Positions 10,143 to 22,492 of a stretch of DNA of 64,000 nt are shown here, one piece after another. Every line of letters begins with the position of its first letter. Positions within the stretch are counted from its first letter, which is position 1. Where the stretch lies: IMG/VR virus record IMGVR_UViG_3300042516_004060, one strand, 5' to 3'. Below the pieces are notes generated by a model. That model saw only the letters and a program-made list of their open reading frames with translations, had not been told where the DNA came from and did no database searches. This DNA comes from an uncultured virus (IMG/VR IMGVR_UViG_3300042516_004060) (Duplodnaviria; Heunggongvirae; Uroviricota; Caudoviricetes). Both the position numbers and the translations under genes were made by a program.

Positions 10143-13100
10143 TTGATCAGAGACCGTGGACCAATAAGCAGTTTAGGTCATGGGGTTACTTCTAGAGACG
10201 CTCAAATAAATGAGGGAGAATCAGAGGGCCCAAGTCCTAATTCTGGAGCTATAGCTAGAGCATTAAACGACCATCCTATGATGCGTTTCTTCGCATCAAC
10301 TACTTCAGCTGTTGTTGTCTCCGCCGTCTTAGGTAGGGTAGTCAAAGGACAGGGTCTTAAGCTTGGAAAAAGAATTCAAGATGCAGCAGATTCAGGTGGG
10401 CAATTTTCTTCTAGATTTGTTGATTCATGGAATAAACTAAGACGTACAGCAGATGAACTAGAGCGGAGTTACTCGATACGTTGATGATAGCGTTGATCCT
10501 TATAGTAGGCTAGTTTATGAAGGGCCAGACGGCTCTCTAAATACTGGTCGAGCAACACAGGTTGTTCATAGAGATCATTTGCTAGAGGGTGGAAACTATT
10601 TAACTAGAAGCGAGATTCAAACAGCTGGCGGAGGAATTACAAGAGAATCTGCTGCTGTTTGGACGGCAAGAGATGACTTACAGCAAAAGTTAGTTCAACT
10701 CGGTAGAAGACTTCCTTATGAGCTTCCTGCTCTTTATGTGGCTCAAAGGGCTGTAACCGATCCACTTTTTGGGCATAATCAGGATAAAAAGAAAGTTAAA
10801 TGGTACAATCCAGCGGATGTTTTAGCAGACTTTGCAAAACAATCTGTATACAATATTGCCTCCATTACAGGAATGGGTGCAGTAGGTGGCGCAGCTTTAG
10901 GTAGAGCAAAATTTTATTACGATATACCATACGCAAGTAATCCAAACTTATCTTTAACAGCAAAACAAATGGCAAGAGCCAATAAGGTCGCCGATCTTAG
11001 GACAATTCTTGAAGAAGTCGGTCAAGATTTTTCAAAAATAGCTGGAGAAACAACCAAGTACATGTCTAGTGCTGGTGCAGCTTTTAATTATGCGGTAGAG
11101 CAAGGTAAACAAAATCAAGTTGGTCCCGTTCAAGCAATGTATAGAGCAAGAGGTGGCCCAAAGGCCGCAGCACTTGCAGCTGAAAGAGACGGTAAATCAA
11201 AGTTAAATCAAGCAGGTCAATACGCTAAAGCTTTTTTTGTAGGTTTTGATGATACTGCACAAAGTTATTATGGCGCAATAGATACGATACCAGCATTTAG
11301 GGGATTTTCTGTTGGATTAAGATCTTTTAATAGCAAGTTTAGAGATGCAAAAGTAGGCCATGATGTTATTTCTGGATCTAAATCTTTTGCTGATGCAGTC
11401 TCCTTAATCAGAGGACCATCTTTAGACGCAACTAATAGACTAGAAGATGCAATTAGAGCTGTTCAGGGGCAACATAGAAGTAAGTTTTCGTCTTACGCTG
11501 AAACAGTTAATCAACTCATGGGCAAAGGTGGTCCCGGTGGTGGTGCCGTTGATGATGCAACATTTGCACAAGTATTAAAAACAAATGTATATAAAGAACA
11601 ACTTGCAGCAAACTTAAGAAGAAATGGTGCTTCAGATGAAGCAGCAGATAAGTTTGTAAGATCTCTTAATGTAGTTAAAACACCCAGAACTAGCAGGGGT
11701 ATGGAGCATGCTAGTGTTAGAATACAAATAGGTAAAAATAGAATTTTATCTCAAACAGATGACGATTTTTATGACACCGTTACAAAAATATTTAGAAAAG
11801 CTAATCCTGAAGTTGAAGATCAATTTACAAACGATGCACTAAAAAGATCGATTAGCGCAACAGATGCACTTTTTACTAAAAAAGAATTTCAAAAAAGACT
11901 AAATGCAAAAACAAAAAGTTACTGGAATACTTTTTATAACGACTCAGTAGTTCCGTATGGGCAAACAATGCTCAAGCCACAAAAAGCTGTTTATCAAGAT
12001 TTTGTTGGTCCACTTACAGGTGCAAAAGAAGAATTTCTAAAAAGAAGAACTGCACAAATACTTGGCATAGATTTATTAGATTCAAATGGTAGATACTTAA
12101 GTTCCTCAATAATTGATAAACAAATAAAAAATAGAGGAATAGACTCAAGTAGCTTTGGTGAACTAAGAGCATTTTTAATTAAGAATAAAGCAATGTCATC
12201 AAGAGCAAGTTCTGGTGGATATAACCTTTTTGGCATGAAACAACTTTTGGTTGACGAAGCTTTTGATAGTGGACTTTTTAATTATTTAAAACCAGAACAA
12301 AGAGATGTCGTAAGAGACATAGCTGGAAAACTAAAGATAAATGATCCCGTTTCAAAATCAATAGGCTTTTCAAAAATTGATGGAGTGTATCAAAATAAAA
12401 GAGGAGAAATTGTTGACCTAACAAAAATAAAATCTTTAACAACTAGCTTAAAAGATTTTATGACGGAACAGTTCAGAATACCAATTGTTAGATTTAATCC
12501 TATGCAAATGCTAGGAGTTGGTGGTCCAAGTGGGGTTAACAAATTTGCTCCAATTCAGATTCAAGGTGGCATGTCAATGCAACCATTTGGAAGACTTGAG
12601 TCGCACGCAGCTGAGATGTTTATTTGGACAAAGAAAAGCTCAGGCATTTTTGGGTCAAAAGGAAATCTTTCAATAATGGGGCAAGAAGCCTCTACGATGT
12701 CTCCAAAGGTAACGCAACTAAAAGGTCTTTATAATATAGTTAATCCTCAAGAAAGTAATATCTTTACTCGAGCATTAAGTTATATGGCTAATAAAAAATC
12801 CATTTCTACAGGAGAGATGGACGCAGCAGCAGGAAATAGGGATCTTTCTTTCTTGGAAAGAATGAAAAAAAGGTTTGATGTTGACGAAGAGCAGCCAAAC
12901 TCTTTATTTAAATTAGCTTCTAGATTCCGTAAAAGGGATTATGATATAAATAATCCAAGAGTTCTTATAGACTTAGCATTGCAAAATGAAGTTAGATACA
13001 AAGGCGGAAGGACTCTTAGGCTTCAAGCTGGAACAAAAGGAGCTGAGGTTGTAGATGATCTTGATAATGTTATCTATGATCATAAACAGGTTTTAAGAGC

Positions 13101-16100
13101 TTACGATAGATTCCAAGAGCAACCGTTTAATTATGGAGCTCCTCTACCATTCATGAAAGAGTTGGAATCATTATATGGTGCAAGAATGCAGGTAGCGGTT
13201 CCTTCACTTAATAAACAAATGAGTCCCACTGATATAACGAATCCAGTCGAGGGAATAGCAACTGGAGAAGCACTTTTAGACGATATATTCAGATCTATAC
13301 CAGGCTTAAGAGCTAGGGGGGTTGATACCACTGGTTTAACTAGACAAACATCAAGAGTTAGAGGAATGCTCGACGACACAAACTTGTCTGCAGTTTCTCA
13401 AATGGCAGAAAAATCTCCAGCTTTATCAACTAGATTAGATGAATTAAGAAATGAAATATTCAGACTAATGATTCAGCGCGATGCTGTAGCTAGAGGAGTA
13501 AATAATCCATCTCAACTCATCATAGACATTGATAGTATTGTTACAAAGATGTTGAAAGATGGAAGACTTTCTACAGCCCAAGCAGCAGAAGCAAAAGCGG
13601 CTGGTCTTTCCACTCTTTTAAACTTTAATGCACTAAAAACATTTCAGCCAAAAATGCCAACAGGAGTTAGTGCGGCAAGTGCTTTAGACGAGTTTATAAA
13701 AGTAGCTAGAGATCCTTCAACAAAAAAAGCATTTACATCATTAGCTGAACCTTACATTCGTGGAACTAACTCTATAATAAATTCAAGTGGTGTAAGATCA
13801 TTTACTGCACCATTTAAACCAGCTTTTAGAAGACGTTTTGGCGTAGCTCCATACAGTGTTGATGAGTATGCAAGCAATCCTCTTGGTAATCAATCTTTAA
13901 CTTTTGTACCGACAGCTTCAACAGCAGCATCAATAGCTGGAGGAAAAAAGGTTGGTTTAAATATAGCAGGAGTAAATAGTTATAATGATCCAGCTTCTGT
14001 AAGTTTTGCATCAATCCCAATGTCTCATGGTTTTGAAAGATTAAATAGATATTTTGGCACAGTAGGCGCAGGAATTAATGTTTCCAACTATAAGGGTCCA
14101 CTAGATCTATACGCAAGAGGCATGGTAATGAAGAGGGCTCTGCCAGTTGTTGCTGGAGGCGCAACAGTGCTTGCAGCCGATAGAACAATCGGTGGAATGG
14201 TCAACGAAAAAGATATTAGAGGAGAAAGAGTTTACTCTCCATTCTTTTTGGGACAAGCAGCATCTGGAGTAATGCAGGCTCAATCTCTAGCTGCAGGAAT
14301 TACTCCTGGTGGAATGGGATACCAGGAAAAGAAAGAACAATTAACCCAAGGTGAAGTTGCAATTAAGCAAGGTAGATATTGGCCTCTTGGCAACACTCCT
14401 TTTGAGGGTGGAAAAACAATGTACTATAGACCATCTTGGTACAAGAGATTAAAAACCGCATCAACATATAGCTCTGATTTTTGGGAAACTCCAGCAGAAA
14501 AACTAGCGTTTGGCTATGACTTTTCCCCACTAAGGCCATTTGATCCTTATAGATTTGAGAGAAAACACTACTACGATAGGCCGTACCCTGTAACGGGAGA
14601 ATACTTTAGTGGACCTTTTGGCCCTGTAACTTCAGTGTTAAATGCATCAGTAGGAAAGCTATTAAAGCCACAACTGCAAATGCATGCTGACGAAGTAACT
14701 CAAAATATGGCCCAGTATGTTCCAGCAGGTCAGTCGGGAGCATATAATCCACAAGGATTAATGATGTCGGGAAGAGTAACCATGGATTATGGCCAAAGAA
14801 TTCCTGGTACAGGTTCATATACTGGAGGTTTTGGAGCTGGAGCGCCTGGCCAAATGGTGGGCTCAGGTGGAAATAGTGCAATATCAAACTATAACGCAAG
14901 AATGGCTGGCAATGCAGGGGTAATGGGCCTTGCTAGAGAGCAGTCAATGCGAACAATATCTGCTTATAACTCTCAATATGTTTCAGCGAATCAATATGGC
15001 CCTCCACCGGTGCCAGGCAATGTTCCTCCTTCTGTAATAGGTGCAGGTAGACCAATTTCTCACGCTAATATGAATTTTCAAGCTGGTGAGATAGGCTACA
15101 GAATGCAAGAAACATTTGGTATTTACGGTTTCGGCTTTGCATCAATGCGTGAGGGATTTGGTTTTGGTCAAAGCGACTTTGAACCACAAAGATCAGTTCT
15201 CCAATCCGCTTCTAAAGCTTACGGAAGCAGCAGAGCTTTTTGGGACTTAAATCTTGGTGGTTTAGGTGACGTGCCACTCACCGCAGAAGGTGCCTTAGGA
15301 AATATTGAGTTCTCTGAAATTATCAGAAGATTCGTTCCAAAAGATAGAACTAATGTAAATTATCTTAACCCAATTAGAAACACAATGGCAGATAAATATC
15401 CCTTCTTGCCAGGAGCTGATTATTTTATAAACTTCCAACAAGGCGATCCTTTTACTAAAGTTGCCGAAGGAGAGTTTAGACTACCAGGTGTTGGTTATGA
15501 AAGAATAAATAATATGTCATCAGACTATGGTCCGTTGACTCAGTTGGACATTCTTGCAGACGTTGCGCCATATTCAAAGCAATTTAGGGAGCTTGATAGA
15601 ACAATCAATTCTCAACTTACAACAGGAGAAGAAAGGGTTAGATTAGAAAAAATTAGAGCGCAAGTAGAAGATACAACCTCTAAATATAATTTTTCTGACT
15701 ATAAATATAAAGGCTCTTCTCCAGAAGAACTGGGCATAGACGCAAAAGGATATGCAGCAGGAAGAATTGGAGAGTACATAGCGCATAGAGACACCTATTT
15801 TAATACAAAATTTTTAAATAATAGAACAGCTCAAGAAGATTGGGAAAGAAGGCATGTTTATGGAGCAACATTCCCTCAATGGCAGAATCCAATCGAAAGC
15901 TTCATCATGCCGATGTTGTATAAATCAACACAAAGAAATCCAATCGCAGCAGCAATTGGAGGAGGAATCGCGGGATCATTCTTTGGAGCAACAGCAGGAG
16001 CTAAATCTTTTGGTTCGCTTGCAGGCTTTGCTGCTGCAGGTTCATATTCTTTGTATGGAAATGCTAAAGAAATAACAACTGGCGAAAGATTTTTGCCAAA

Positions 16101-16776
16101 AGAACGCAAAAAACAAATGGCATTAGAAGAATACACAGATATTCTTAGCTATGTAAAAAACACATCTCTTGCAGCAGAGGCAAAAGAAATGGGAGACATG
16201 GCATCTGCAAATCAGTTTTCTCAAGCCGCAAAGAGAACAATGTATGGAGCAGATCTTCAAACTGGTTCTATAGACACTTTATCTCTTGCAGTTCCAAAAA
16301 GAAAACGTGAACATTTTAAAGCTATGATTCAAGAAACCGATCAAGGAGAAAGAAAAAGAATTCTTTCAACTTCTGGAAGATTAGAAAGAAGAATTTATCA
16401 ATCAGCTTGGGGCATGAAGGTAGAAGAAAGACCAGATCTTAATGAGTATTTTTCAAGGCATGAACTTCCAGGATTAAGCTGGGAGGGCTGGCACCCCAAT
16501 ACAAATATGGAACATGTAAAGATTAAAATGGGACAATCAATGGGTATAGAGATGTCCCAAATGGGTTACTATCCACAACAGGTTCGTGAAGCAAATTTAA
16601 CGAATCCAAGCTATCCAACATTTGGATCTGAAAGCAACCAAGATGATACCGCAGCACAATTAAGAGCGTTAATGTCAAGAAATGGAATATCAGGAAGTGT
16701 TACTCCAGTTTCTAATCCATTTGGGAATTCTGGAATTGACATTTTTGCTGGACTATCTCAGAACATATTTGCATAG
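10143..16776 (+). CDS. Tape-measure-like protein, about 2210 aa, joined across one +1 shift at CGG 10464
   Basis: The 113 aa and 2065 aa ORFs fuse with no stop if C10464 is skipped (...ADELE-G-VTRYVDDSVDPY...HLLEGGNY). Ala/Gly-rich, helical, with hydrophobic segments; follows the chaperones. Confidence 0.7.
10464..10467 (+). other. CGGN +1 recoding site 1 (GAG CGGA GTT)
   Basis: In frame with 10143 (offset 321). GGA at 10465 is in frame with ORF 10579 with no stop between them. Confidence 0.75.
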
Positions 16777-16785
16777 GAAATACAA

Positions 16786-19700
16786 ATGCCAAGACCAATT
16801 AGTACATCATTAGGAAGACAAATAGCAATAGCAGAGTCTGCCCTAAAAAGAAATACTACTTTAAGAAATTTTTTTAAGATAGAACAAAATGCAGCAGGTG
16901 ATGGTTTTGATTTTGTTTTTACGGCTACTGGCGATAGATTTGGCACAGCAGAAAAAGCAGTCGACTATATCACTGGCCTACAAATAACTGATTATAGAAC
17001 TTTTAATAAATTAGGTTTAGGAGAAGGAGAAAGACGCGGCGCTAAACACATAGGCGAAGAAGCTAAGGCTTTAAATACATCTTTACAAAGCTCAACCATG
17101 GATCTAAGAACTCAAGAAATTTTTAGAAGGATGGGCTTAGAGCAATATATGGACCAAGAAATGACAGTTGAATATCTTAAGTTTGATTTTGGAGGCGGAA
17201 AAGAAGAACTAGCACAGTTTATGGATAGTCCATTTGGTAGAGAACACGGAATGCTTAACATAACCGACGACGGCATTATGGTTATGCGCTATAGGGATGC
17301 AGCAGGAAAAGTTTTAGATGCAACGCAAATGAAACAACTTCAATATGCACTAGGTCTTGGTTCTTTAACTCCAGAATTCGTTAGCAAAATAATGAAGGGC
17401 GATGCTAGCGCTGTTGGTAAAGCGGTAGCAAAACTCCCTAAGCGTTACAAAGCTTTATATTCTGCCAGAGGTTTTGCTATAGCTGGAGAAGATCTGGAAG
17501 AATCTATCTTAGAATTTCACGCTGCAAGACTTGCAAAGGCAAAAGGAATTTCTTTAGATGCTGCAAGAAGTTTAGCAGAAGCTAGAGGGCTATCAACTAA
17601 GCTAGAAGATTCTATATACAATTATGATGATATTGGATCTTTTTTTAAAGGCCTTTTTTCAATGAAGGATTTAACAACAGAAGAAAAATATCTTTTATCA
17701 ATGGGCATGGAAATACGTAATAAAGAAATGAATCAATTTGCTAAAATGAAAATATCAGGATCAATGGACGAATCCAAACCTATTCCTCAACAAGTAAAAA
17801 CTAAACTAAAAGAAATGGTTAGTCATTATAGTCAAATTATGTCTGATACTGATTTAAATGATTTTATTCAAAGGCTTGGTGGTGATTACGCTGCAGTTGG
17901 CGGCGACGCTAACGCTTTGAAAAAAAAATTGCAAGAAATAATTGACACAACTGACAAAACATTAAAACCAATAGTAGACAAAGATTATTCTTACGCGCAA
18001 AAAGCTATGGCAATTTTTAATGGAGTAGAAAGAGCCAGAGATGGTGAAGCTATAACTTCTACAGAATATTGGGAATCCAGAATCGGAATGCTAACAAAAA
18101 AGCTAGATAATTTAAGAACTAGTATAGGAATACCTATAGGTCTAGAAGAACAATCCATGATAGATGATATAGAAAAAGAAATTGAAGCAATACAATACAA
18201 AATAAGTCATGCTAAATCTCAAACTATGAGAGGTGGATTTCAAGGTTCATCGCTTAAGTTTGAAGACATAGCTAGAAGTTTCGAAGGAATGCCAAAGAAG
18301 CTGCAAGATAAAATGATGATAGTTTATGGATCATCTTTAAAAAATGAAATATCTCAAGGTAAAATAGAAGGTATTTTAATGGACATGTCAATGTCTGCTC
18401 CGAAGCCTGTCAGAGTAGACCCACTGATGCTAATGTACCATCCAGACTACCTAAACAGTGAAGATTTCTATAAAGGAATGTCTAGCGTTGTTGACAGGCA
18501 AATACAAAAAGCAGAAGAGTTTATGAAAACTGGAGTTGTTGATAAATCAATAATTGACTCAATTAGAAGAGAAGCAGAAGCTCCAATAGATCAGTATTCT
18601 CGGACTTTTGCGAGCAAGAATGACAAGAGCAAAACAGCAAGCTATAGAAATACAAAGAGCGCTACTAACAGGTGCAGATCCAAGATCAATTCCTGCACTA
18701 GTAGACAGAATTACAACACAGATGGCTACTCAAGCATTTGCGATAAAGGACGATGCATACTACATGACATTCCCAGATATGACAAGATCTCAAATAAGAA
18801 CAACTGCTTCTGGAGCTATTACAGGAAGAGGTCCAGGAATTGATTCTGCTATTAATATAGATGTAAGTGGGTTCGATCGAAATCTTAAAACAGCGTTTGG
18901 CATTAATGGAACGCAAGCTGTTAATTTTATGAATTTTGATATGGAAGATGGAAGAATGTTGATAGATGGCGTTAATGCCCATTTGTATCACCACGCCTTA
19001 GGTACTTTCGACTTAGACGACAAAGCTTTAAATCTTCCACTTATGTTTAAAGATGCGAACGGAAAAAATAGACTCGCATTCATGACAATGAGACAGCCAA
19101 CTGGTTTTCAAGAAAGAATTTTTAGTAGAACTGATTTATCTAAAAAAGAAAACATTGCAAACATACTTAAGTCAAGAACAGATGATTATTTAGAGCTGTT
19201 TGATGCAGCAAATGATCCATTGAATACAATGAATTTAAGCGCAGATGATAGAGAAATTCTTAATCAAGTTCGACAGTCTATGGTCGATGCAAAAGGTGAC
19301 AAAAAGCTAAAAGGCAAAATTCAAGTTAGAGGATCAGATGTAGATAGCGCAGATGTTGAAGACTTACTAATTAGAGTTAGAAGTTCTCAAAAAGCAAAAG
19401 ACATGAAGTTTGAAGCCTTCATGAATATGCAAGAATATGATTTAGCAGAAATGGCTTCAAGCAAATCTGCGTCAGAGCTTGCCTTAAACAAGCAAGTGAT
19501 TGATTACGCAAAAAATACAAAAGTTAGTCTTGCAGATATGCAAATATCCCTAGGTAGAGCAACAGACGCAGAGCCGTATTACACTAGGGGCAGTGTTTTT
19601 AATATTCTTTTTGAGGGAGCTGGATTAGATATAGATAAAAAAGCAGCACAAAAATTCTCTCAACTACAAGGAGTTAATTTAAGTACAAGACAAGATATAA

Positions 19701-22028
19701 CTAATTATATTAGTGGACTTTCTGGTGTAGATAAAGATATGGCTGAAATAAATCAAAAAGCAGCTTTAGATCAAGTTCTGCAAGAGATATCCATTAGTTC
19801 AGTTCCTGATCCGTCAAACTCATTAGGTCTATACATTAACAGGCAGGGCTTTGCTGTTAGCATGCAAACACAAGTTGAAGATGTTTTACAAAGCTTTAGA
19901 GGCTCTGGTAAGATGATTGATTTATTAGACGACTCAGGTAATTTTTTGGCAAATGTTGGGCTAGAAGATTTCTATAGATTAAAATATTCAGTTGGACTAA
20001 TACCTCCCTCTAATGCGGTCGACATGGTAAAAGAGCTTATCGCAAGCTCTGATGACCCTACTGCAGCAGTGCAAAAAATAGCAGGAGGAAGGATAATACA
20101 ACAAACAGAGATGACTGAAATTCTTCAAGGAATTCAGATGTTTCAATCATTTAATGACGTAGCAGATCAAGACAGTCAAGCAAAAATAATTGCAGAGTTA
20201 ATTAACAAGTATGCAAAAATCGATCCATCTGATCCTTCAAAGATGTTAATTAACCTTGGTACTGCAGGCGAAGGAGCAGTTAAGAGCATCAGTGAGGGAA
20301 CTGGATTCATGAGAGGAATTCAAATATTAAGAGGTGATGCAGACGACGAGTTGGCAGCTTATGATCGAGCCCTTTTAGATCCAGCCCATCCTGGGGCAAG
20401 AATTAAAAGTAGTGAAGAGCTAATAAAAATTAAAGAAAATACTTTAATAGGATACAGAGAAGCTTTAAGAACAGCTGCTTCCGGTAGTGCAGGAGAAGCA
20501 CGTTTACTTCAAGAAATACAAGATCTTGAAAATGCAGATGAAGAACAAATGCTATCAAGATTAACCTTAAGAAAAGGAACCGATGCCTACAATAGATATG
20601 CAGTAACATCTAGATATTTTGAGATATCAAAAAAGAAAAAAGATGTCCTTGAAGGAACAATGTCGCAAATATACAGAACTGCAGTAAACAATGAAATGAC
20701 TTTTGCTCCAACGGCTAGAGCTGAATATCTTAAATATACTGATGAGATAGCAGAAAGTTTAAGGGGAACATTCGAAACAATTAAAAAACTGGATCTAGAA
20801 AAATCATATACTCCAGATGCAGAAGAACTTCTTAAGGTAATGCATAAAACAGATCTTTCTACAAGAATATATGAAATGATGTCTGCACTTTCAAATGCAA
20901 AGTCTGCAACAAATATATTAGACGTATTTGACACGATGGAAGCGTCTGTAAGAAGAAAGTTTGGAGCTAGATCAGCACAAGTAATGCGTGAGGCTATATT
21001 TAAAGAAGGTGCACCAGATAGTCTTCGGATTTGAAATGACAGAACTATGGAGAGACGCTTATGATAGAAGGGCATCAAAAGTAGCTTTAGCAACTGGAAA
21101 TTATGATCAACTTGATGCAGCAGTTAGTGAATTTTCTGGCAGAATGAATCCAATTGATATTCAAAATCTTCAAAGACAAGAAGCTAAAGCGCTTTTGTCT
21201 CAAGCAAGAAAAGACGCAAAAGATACTCTTAGGACCATCATTGGTCCCGGCAATACTATGGGCGTAGGTGAAATGCGAGAACAGATTCGCACAGGGGCCA
21301 GAATGGAATTAGGTGTTTCTGAAGCAAATTATGAACTTTTACAAATGATATCAAGGGGCGGAATTGTAGATGATTTTTCAGAAGAAGCAAAACAAAACTA
21401 CACTCTCATAAGAGCTCAGCAAACACAAGCAAGATTAAATCAGGCTTATGGTGTATCGGGGCCATCAGTCTCCGCATCGGTAGCCCCACCTCCAGGATCT
21501 GCTGCTGCAGTAGAGTTCCTGGACCCAGCAGATATATCTCCTGATGCACTTGGATTTATTGATGACATAGATGATTCAATAGCAGGAGGTTCTGGCTCGG
21601 CTCCTGATAAACTTTATACTAGAATGGGAAGAATGTTTAAATCAGGAGGAATGGGAGATTTATTTCAGGATTCTATTATTAGAAACTCAGCTTACGCACT
21701 AGTCGGTTTGGCAGCTTTCGGTTTTATTTATTCAGCATCTAAAGAAAGAACTCAGGAGCAAATTGAAGGTCCTCCAATGCTCCCAGGTGGTAGCGCCTAC
21801 GAATCAGATTTTCCTAAAGCACTTCCATCTATATCTGATTTAAAATACTTAAATCCAACCACTGCAGCTATGAGTTATAAAATACATTTAAGTGGCTCTC
21901 AAGCAGACGCTGAAAAGATGCGACAACTAGCTGGAGGTGTTGCTACAGGCCCAATTAACACTACTATGTATAATGGGCTCCCAAGATTAGGTAGAGACCC
22001 ATATTCGAATGTAGCATCTAGCTTTTAG
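16786..22028 (+). CDS. Giant helical virion or ejected protein, about 1746 aa, joined across +1 shifts at CGG 18601 and 21026
   Basis: The 685, 808 and 346 aa ORFs fuse (...IDQYS-G-LLRARMTR... and ...APDSL-G-FEMTELW...). C-terminal hydrophobic helix AYALVGLAAFGFIYSA. Confidence 0.65.
18601..18604 (+). other. CGGN +1 recoding site 2 (TCT CGGA CTT)
   Basis: In frame with 16786 (offset 1815); the +1 frame is that of ORF 18608. Confidence 0.75.
21026..21029 (+). other. CGGN +1 recoding site 3 (CTT CGGA TTT)
   Basis: In frame with 18608 (offset 2418), two codons before its stop; the +1 frame is that of ORF 20988..22028. Confidence 0.75.
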
Positions 22029-22036
22029 GTAATATT

Positions 22037-22489
22037 ATGATTTTTGGCGCAGGCACTCAAAATGCAAACTTAAAAAAAGCTGCCAACAAAAGAGTTGACC
22101 CAACACCAAAAGCTAAATCAGTAAGTAAATTATCAGGAAGAATATCTTCTTCGCAAAAATCTTCTAGTGCTACAAGCCCAACCATAGAGCCAGCATCTAA
22201 AATTTCTAGAAGTTCTGGACCTTCCGATCCAGTCAGAGGGTCTTTTGAGGGATTAGATAAATCAGCAGGAACCTTAATTCTACCAAAAGGTGCAGGCTAT
22301 GATAATAAGAATTTTCAGACTGCAAGGTATAAGGAAAAAAATAATTTTAAATCATTAAATTATGGGTCAAATAACTTTGCAGGCTTTAAAAAAAGTGGTA
22401 AAATAACAAGGTACGGATCTTCTGTAGCTCAGAATAGTTCAGCCAATAAACTAGGCGCAAAACTAACTGTAGAAAAAATGTTTAGGTAA
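22037..22489 (+). CDS. Hypothetical basic Lys/Ser-rich protein
   Basis: 150 aa, low complexity, tightly packed between two giant genes. Confidence 0.6.
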   Translation: MIFGAGTQNANLKKAANKRVDPTPKAKSVSKLSGRISSSQKSSSATSPTIEPASKISRSSGPSDPVRGSFEGLDKSAGTLILPKGAGYDNKNFQTARYKEKNNFKSLNYGSNNFAGFKKSGKITRYGSSVAQNSSANKLGAKLTVEKMFR

Positions 22490-22492
22490 TAT

